Source: Candidatus Berkelbacteria bacterium (GTDB lineage: Bacteria > Patescibacteriota > UBA1384 > DTJR01). Taken from it: a stretch of 64,000 bases of DNA. The stretch is from contig JAPLVK010000015.1 of NCBI GenBank assembly GCA_026397175.1, forward strand, positions 4,996 through 68,995, read 5' to 3'. The notes below the pieces were generated by a model. The model did not search any database. It saw only the letters and a program-made list of their open reading frames with translations, and was not told where the DNA came from. The position numbers and the translations under genes are program-made. Shown piece after piece: positions 59,114 to 64,000 of the stretch; within the stretch, counting starts at the first letter, position 1; every line of letters begins with the position of its first letter.

Positions 59114-59950
59114 TTATTCTCCAGTGTTGCTTGACTCACCACCGGTATCAGATGAGTCGGTTGAACCGGACTGAATCTGGTTGATTGCTTTGTCAATTTC
59201 TTCTTGCGAGGGACTCGCAGGAGCCGAAATAGCCGCTTCTTCTTTGATGGGAGATGGAACATCTATCGAGATTTTAGAATAGCTGAATTCAGAAATTGAC
59301 TGATTGTTGCTTTTATCGACAGAAATAGTTTTTCTAAGTTGGTAATCCTTGTTGTCGAAAAGTATGTATTCGGTGGAATCGGTTATAGCGGGATCAATAA
59401 CTTGATACTTAAAGCAGGTTAGCTTTCCACAGGCCTCGGTTCCGATCTTTTTATATTCGGTTTTATCCTCCGCCTTTTCCGCTTTTTGATTAAATTGTAG
59501 TTCGTCTTTTATCGTATTTGCACTGCTATCACTTTGAGGAGTTATGGTGCTTTTTACCCATTTACCATCAGTATAATCCTTTGTATAAGTATCATTCCCG
59601 ATGGTGACAATGTTCATATCCTCATTGTCGCCTTGATAGCTTGTTAGTTGCGTTTTATCACTCCCGACTGATTTCATTGTCATTTTTACCTCTTTGCCTT
59701 CAAAGGTCGAAGTTGTGGTTGCCGAAAAATATTTGATCTCTTTCCATCCGTTAATAAATTTACATAAGTCGGGGTCGTTATATTTGCACGAAGAGCTAAT
59801 AGGAACAATCTTGTTGACAATACTTGTACCGGATTTTTTGGCAAAAAACACGAAATAAGCGACCGCTAATGCTGCTAGAACAACTAGAATAATCACAATT
59901 GCTAGAACAGGACTCTTTTTTGACGGCGCAGAAGCTTCTGCTGGATCCAT
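59114..59950 (-). CDS. Membrane-anchored hypothetical protein (LolA/LppX-like beta fold)
   Basis: N-terminal TM; G.E.CG...C.KYQ motif; S/T-rich tail. Confidence 0.65.
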   Translation of the reverse strand: MDPAEASAPSKKSPVLAIVIILVVLAALAVAYFVFFAKKSGTSIVNKIVPISSSCKYNDPDLCKFINGWKEIKYFSATTTSTFEGKEVKMTMKSVGSDKTQLTSYQGDNEDMNIVTIGNDTYTKDYTDGKWVKSTITPQSDSSANTIKDELQFNQKAEKAEDKTEYKKIGTEACGKLTCFKYQVIDPAITDSTEYILFDNKDYQLRKTISVDKSNNQSISEFSYSKISIDVPSPIKEEAAISAPASPSQEEIDKAINQIQSGSTDSSDTGGESSNTGE

Positions 59951-60167
59951 AAAACCCCCTTATTTATTTTATTTTATTTAATTTTATCTTTTTTTCGTTT
60001 TAAATTAAAGAGAAGCATATGGATTATTGATATGATCGGGAACGGAGTTCCGAATTAATCAATATTCATTGACAAATCAACTAAATGAGTTTGAGGAGGG
60101 GACTATAATCAATACATTAATTCTGGTAAAATTAATTTGGAGATATAAAATTAAAGGAGGAGTGGTT

Positions 60168-60329
60168 ATGTCAATTGTATCGGAATCAGAATTCAAGGGG
60201 AATCCAATGATAGTTATCAAAAACGACGAAGAGGATAAATACCCTTTTCAATTCGGTGTAAAAAAAGCGAAGCTTGTTTTGGAAAATATCGAAGAAGTTA
60301 AAAAATTTGTCGAAAAATACGACAAATAG
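60168..60329 (+). CDS. Small hypothetical protein (53 aa)
   Basis: AAAGGAGG RBS before ATG 60168. Confidence 0.7.
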   Translation: MSIVSESEFKGNPMIVIKNDEEDKYPFQFGVKKAKLVLENIEEVKKFVEKYDK

Positions 60330-60405
60330 AAATAGAAATTGATAGTGGATGCCCATTGTCAAATTATTTGGTGGTTGAGAAAAGTGCAAAGTAGAGGAGG
60401 TCAAA

Positions 60406-60849
60406 ATGATCGAGGATATTAAAAAGGCATTGGAAAGCTACGAAGGAGATTGGAACGAGAAAAAAGGTGTGTATGAGTTCAAGTCAACTATTGCCGAGCG
60501 TAAAGCGTTTTTGTCAAAAAAGAAACTAACATATTCGGCTAAAGTGCGCGTTGACGACGACGCAAAATCCGTCAAATTTTCAGAAATGCTGATCGAAGCG
60601 GGATCTGGTCTGTCGTCTGGCGGAGGAGGATTTGATGGGGACTCCGGAATGTCCGCTGGATTTGGATTTAAGAAAGAGTCATACAACACCATGAGCGGAG
60701 CACGCGAAGGAAATATTGAAGAGCAGTCAAATCTTTTTGGCAAGAATTTCGAATATAAGTTCAACTACAAAGAAATCAGGTCTAAGGTTGACGCTACTGC
60801 CAAGAAAGCCGGCTACAAATTCGAGTATCAAATCCTACCGGTAAGATAG
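60406..60849 (+). CDS. Hypothetical protein
   Basis: GAGGAGG RBS; plausible globular ORF. Confidence 0.65.
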   Translation: MIEDIKKALESYEGDWNEKKGVYEFKSTIAERKAFLSKKKLTYSAKVRVDDDAKSVKFSEMLIEAGSGLSSGGGGFDGDSGMSAGFGFKKESYNTMSGAREGNIEEQSNLFGKNFEYKFNYKEIRSKVDATAKKAGYKFEYQILPVR

Positions 60850-60855
60850 AAAAGT

Positions 60856-61188
60856 TTATTTCTTTGCTGGTTTTGCAGCAATCTTTGCTACTTTTGTATA
60901 GTTTTTTTCTAGTTTGCTCTTAATGTCAACAGCATCTTTTTTGCTGATTTTCTTTTCTGCCTCGTAGACCTCAACTACTTTGCTAACAATTTCATCATAT
61001 TTTCCTTTGGTAATCTTACCGGCCTTTGCAATCTCGGCAGCAATCGTTTCCTTTATTTCGTGGAGATATTTCGCAATATCTTTTCTTGTTTCTTCGCCCG
61101 ATTTTGGCGCAAGTAATATTCCCGCAATTGCTCCCGCAATTACCCCAACAGAAGCCCCAATAATTACTCCTTTTGTTTGCTTGTCCAT
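60856..61188 (-). CDS. YtxH-domain protein
   Basis: G...GA.AG.LLAPKSGEETRK. Confidence 0.85.
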   Translation of the reverse strand: MDKQTKGVIIGASVGVIAGAIAGILLAPKSGEETRKDIAKYLHEIKETIAAEIAKAGKITKGKYDEIVSKVVEVYEAEKKISKKDAVDIKSKLEKNYTKVAKIAAKPAKK

Positions 61189-61268
61189 TTAGTCCTCCAA
61201 ATTAGTTTAGATTCTTTAAAGTTATTTTACCAGAATACTTCTCCGGTAACAATTAAAAATTACTATAA

Positions 61269-61580
61269 TTAATCTGATATTTGTTTCTCTTTTGATTTTT
61301 GCCACGCGACATAACCAGAGATTGCTGTTGCCAAACCGGAAATTGCAGCAACCATGTCGTCGCCTTGTCCGGCAACCGGAATAACATCCGGGATTATATC
61401 AACCGGACTGATTATATAAACAGCAGAAAATATGGTTGCAACTAAAGAAATAATTGAATAAATTTTTAAAATTGATTGACGAAGTTTGCTGTTTGGCAGC
61501 GCTAACAAAACAAAAAACACCACCAAGAGTGCGGTTATGCAAATCACAATTACTTTTAGAAAGTCCCAAAATGCATCCAT
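61269..61580 (-). CDS. DUF1232 (YkvA) membrane protein
   Basis: Y..SP.D.IPD.IP..G..DD. Confidence 0.85.
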   Translation of the reverse strand: MDAFWDFLKVIVICITALLVVFFVLLALPNSKLRQSILKIYSIISLVATIFSAVYIISPVDIIPDVIPVAGQGDDMVAAISGLATAISGYVAWQKSKEKQISD

Positions 61581-61792
61581 TTAAATCAATTTTTTTATAA
61601 TTTCTTGAATTAAAACTTACCATAAATTTTTAACTTGCGGTAATTTTAACCCTAATTTGTTGACTTACTTGATCCATTCTGCTATCCTTAGTACTTCGAG
61701 GATTGTTCTATAGATTTCCGAAAAAATATTTCGATGTTCTACAGAGCCATATCGAAATATAAAATAAGCGCTTTTCGCGCGTAGGAAATCAA

Positions 61793-63007
61793 ATGTTCAA
61801 ACAAAATAGATCTAGGAGTTTTAGTAATAACAATTTTAGCCGATCATCTAGGAATTTTTCGAGATCAAATCAATTTAGACGAAGTCATAATGTAAGGCCA
61901 AACAGGGGAGAGAGAATTGACGAGTCAAGATTCGTAAAAAAATCTGATCAGCAAGCAAGCCAAGAAATAAAAGTCGAAAATACTTTTGCTAGTTTTGGAT
62001 TTTGCTCGCAATTAAGTAAAAATTTACAAGCGAGAAACTATACCCTTCCGACTCCGATTCAAGATCAATCAATAGGCCATATTCTAAAAGGCCGGGATCT
62101 CGTTGGCCTTGCCAATACCGGAACCGGTAAAACCGCTGCGTTTTTGCTGCCATTGATCGAAAAATGTTTTGCCGATAAATCAAAAAAGGTCTTAATAATT
62201 GCTCCGACCAGAGAACTTGCCCAGCAAATTAATGATGAGTTTAAAAAATTCTCGCAAAGCATGGGACTATATTCTGCAATTTGTGTCGGCGGAATTCCGA
62301 TTTATCGCCAGATTTCGACTTTGCGCCAAAACCCAAATTTTGTGATTGGAACCCCCGGAAGATTAAAAGATCTAAAAGAGCGCAGAGTAATTGATTTTTC
62401 AAGATTTAGATTTGTGGTTTTGGATGAAATTGACCGAATGCTCGATATGGGTTTTGTAGAAGAAATAAGAAAAATTCTTAGTGAGCTACCCAGAGAGCGC
62501 CAGTCGTTATTCTTTTCCGCAACGATTCCCCAAAAAATCAAAGATCTCGTAAATCAGTTTTTAAATAATCCGGTTTCAATTCAGGTCTCAACTGGAGAAA
62601 CAGCGCAAAATGTTGACCAAGATATTATAAGGGTCTCAAGCAATCAGAAATTTAACCGCCTTAAGGATTTGTTAATAACGCAAGAGCTTCAAAAAGTGCT
62701 GATTTTTTCCGAAACAAAACGAGGGGTCGAAAGATTAACCGAGGACTTATTAAGAGACGGATTTAAAGCCGATTCAATTCACGGCAATAAACGACAGACG
62801 CAGCGACAAAGAGCGCTGTTAAAATTTAAAGAAAATGAAGTTCAGGTGCTTGTAGCGACAGATGTTGCGGCAAGGGGTCTTGATATTAACAATATTACTC
62901 ATGTCATAAATTATACGCTTCCCCAGACCTACAACGATTACATTCACCGAATCGGCCGAACCGGCCGCGGCGATAAAAAAGGGTTTGCTCTAACTTTCGT
63001 CAGCTAG
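61793..63007 (+). CDS. DEAD-box RNA helicase
   Basis: Q motif PTPIQ, TGTGKT, PTRELA, DEID, SAT, HRIGRTGR. Confidence 0.95.
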   Translation: MFKQNRSRSFSNNNFSRSSRNFSRSNQFRRSHNVRPNRGERIDESRFVKKSDQQASQEIKVENTFASFGFCSQLSKNLQARNYTLPTPIQDQSIGHILKGRDLVGLANTGTGKTAAFLLPLIEKCFADKSKKVLIIAPTRELAQQINDEFKKFSQSMGLYSAICVGGIPIYRQISTLRQNPNFVIGTPGRLKDLKERRVIDFSRFRFVVLDEIDRMLDMGFVEEIRKILSELPRERQSLFFSATIPQKIKDLVNQFLNNPVSIQVSTGETAQNVDQDIIRVSSNQKFNRLKDLLITQELQKVLIFSETKRGVERLTEDLLRDGFKADSIHGNKRQTQRQRALLKFKENEVQVLVATDVAARGLDINNITHVINYTLPQTYNDYIHRIGRTGRGDKKGFALTFVS

Positions 63008-63094
63008 CTAAAAATGGTTTCTTGCCGGTATCAATTGAATAAAATTCGACTCTTCAAATTGCTAAAATATTAGTCATTAGGTACTCTTAATATA

Positions 63095-64000
63095 ATGGAC
63101 GAAGAAAAAATTGCGCCAAATAATGGCTGGTTAAAATCGTTTTTGATATTTATATTTTTTGTAGCAGCTATCGGCGGCACGGTCTGGTATGTCGGATCTT
63201 TACAATGTTCGTTTCCAGTCAAATTTGCAGTTGGACAAATTGATCAGAGATTTAAACTTTCAGAGTCGGATATAAAATTAGTTGGTCAAGATGCGGCGTC
63301 AAGATGGGATCAAACATTGAACAAAGATGTTCTCGAATATGATCCGAACGCATCGCTAAAAATCAATCTTGTTTACGACGAGCGACAATCAAAGGTTGAT
63401 CAGCTAAATAGCGAGTCGGCAAAAATAGGCCAATCAGCTCAATCGGTAGAAAGTTTTAGACAAAAATTTAAGTCGCTGCTGTCGTCGTACGAAAAGGACT
63501 TGGCAAATTACAACGCTAAAGTGGAGTCATGGAATAACCAAGGCGGGGCTCCGCACGATGTTTATAGCGAATTACAAAAAGAATCAAAAGATCTGGAACA
63601 AAGAAGGGTGTCTTTAAATAATGTTGCCAGTTTGCTTAACACCCAAATAGATCAGCACAATTCAAATCTCGGCCAATTTAATCAAGAAGTCGAAACCCAG
63701 AGCAACAAACTTATTACTCAAGGTTTGTATTATGAAGATCAAAATAAAATTGATATTTTTACATATTACGACAAAGAAGAATTACGATTGGTTTTAATGC
63801 ACGAGCTGGGACATGCGATGGGAATTGACGAGCACACGACAAACGAAAAATCGATTATGTTTGCGGTTTTAGAAAAACAAAATCTTAAGGATCCGCAACC
63901 GTTAGAGGAGGACATTGCTGCGATTTCAAATAAATGCAATTTATCAAATAATTTTTCTCTAAATAATCTCGAGATTCAATTTAAAGCTGTCATTAGAAAT
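63095..64000 (+). CDS. Matrixin-like (M10) zinc metalloprotease, runs off window end
   Basis: N-terminal TM, coiled coil, HELGHAMGIDEH and SIM Met-turn; absent from ORF track because no stop is reached. Confidence 0.85.
   Translation, partial: MDEEKIAPNNGWLKSFLIFIFFVAAIGGTVWYVGSLQCSFPVKFAVGQIDQRFKLSESDIKLVGQDAASRWDQTLNKDVLEYDPNASLKINLVYDERQSKVDQLNSESAKIGQSAQSVESFRQKFKSLLSSYEKDLANYNAKVESWNNQGGAPHDVYSELQKESKDLEQRRVSLNNVASLLNTQIDQHNSNLGQFNQEVETQSNKLITQGLYYEDQNKIDIFTYYDKEELRLVLMHELGHAMGIDEHTTNEKSIMFAVLEKQNLKDPQPLEEDIAAISNKCNLSNNFSLNNLEIQFKAVIRN

Overview
AT-rich chromosomal segment of a small-genome bacterium; gene content and short AlaRS/TsaB-like forms suggest Patescibacteria/CPR (inference). 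The backbone is housekeeping: rpsA, nrnA, alaS, ftsA-like, ruvX, mltG, mreBCD-mrdA, greA, serS, secA, polX, ftsEX, ruvB, tsaE, LCP, PPIase, DEAD-box helicase and five tRNA genes (one partial). The main accessory signal is two sequence-divergent large-serine-recombinase elements, at tRNA-Leu(TAA) (6599-12669) and tRNA-Asp(GTC) (47620-~53658), with the same layout: tRNA-[A']-recombinase (antisense, reading into the tRNA)-[A-core-B]-cargo-[B']. The internal A-core-B block is an inverted copy of the junction expected in the excised circle (attP). It encodes an alternative, conserved recombinase C-terminus (ARxxFExNF*) and carries a purine mirror repeat. The first recombinase is interrupted by an IS110 whose non-coding end contains readable bridge-RNA guides for both target and donor, plus a circle-junction promoter. 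Also present: an HNH gene between a duplicated tRNA 5' end and the tRNA, a RAYT transposase with an alternating repeat array, and palindromic elements inserted in frame in alaS. All coordinates and alignments were read by eye; no searches were run.
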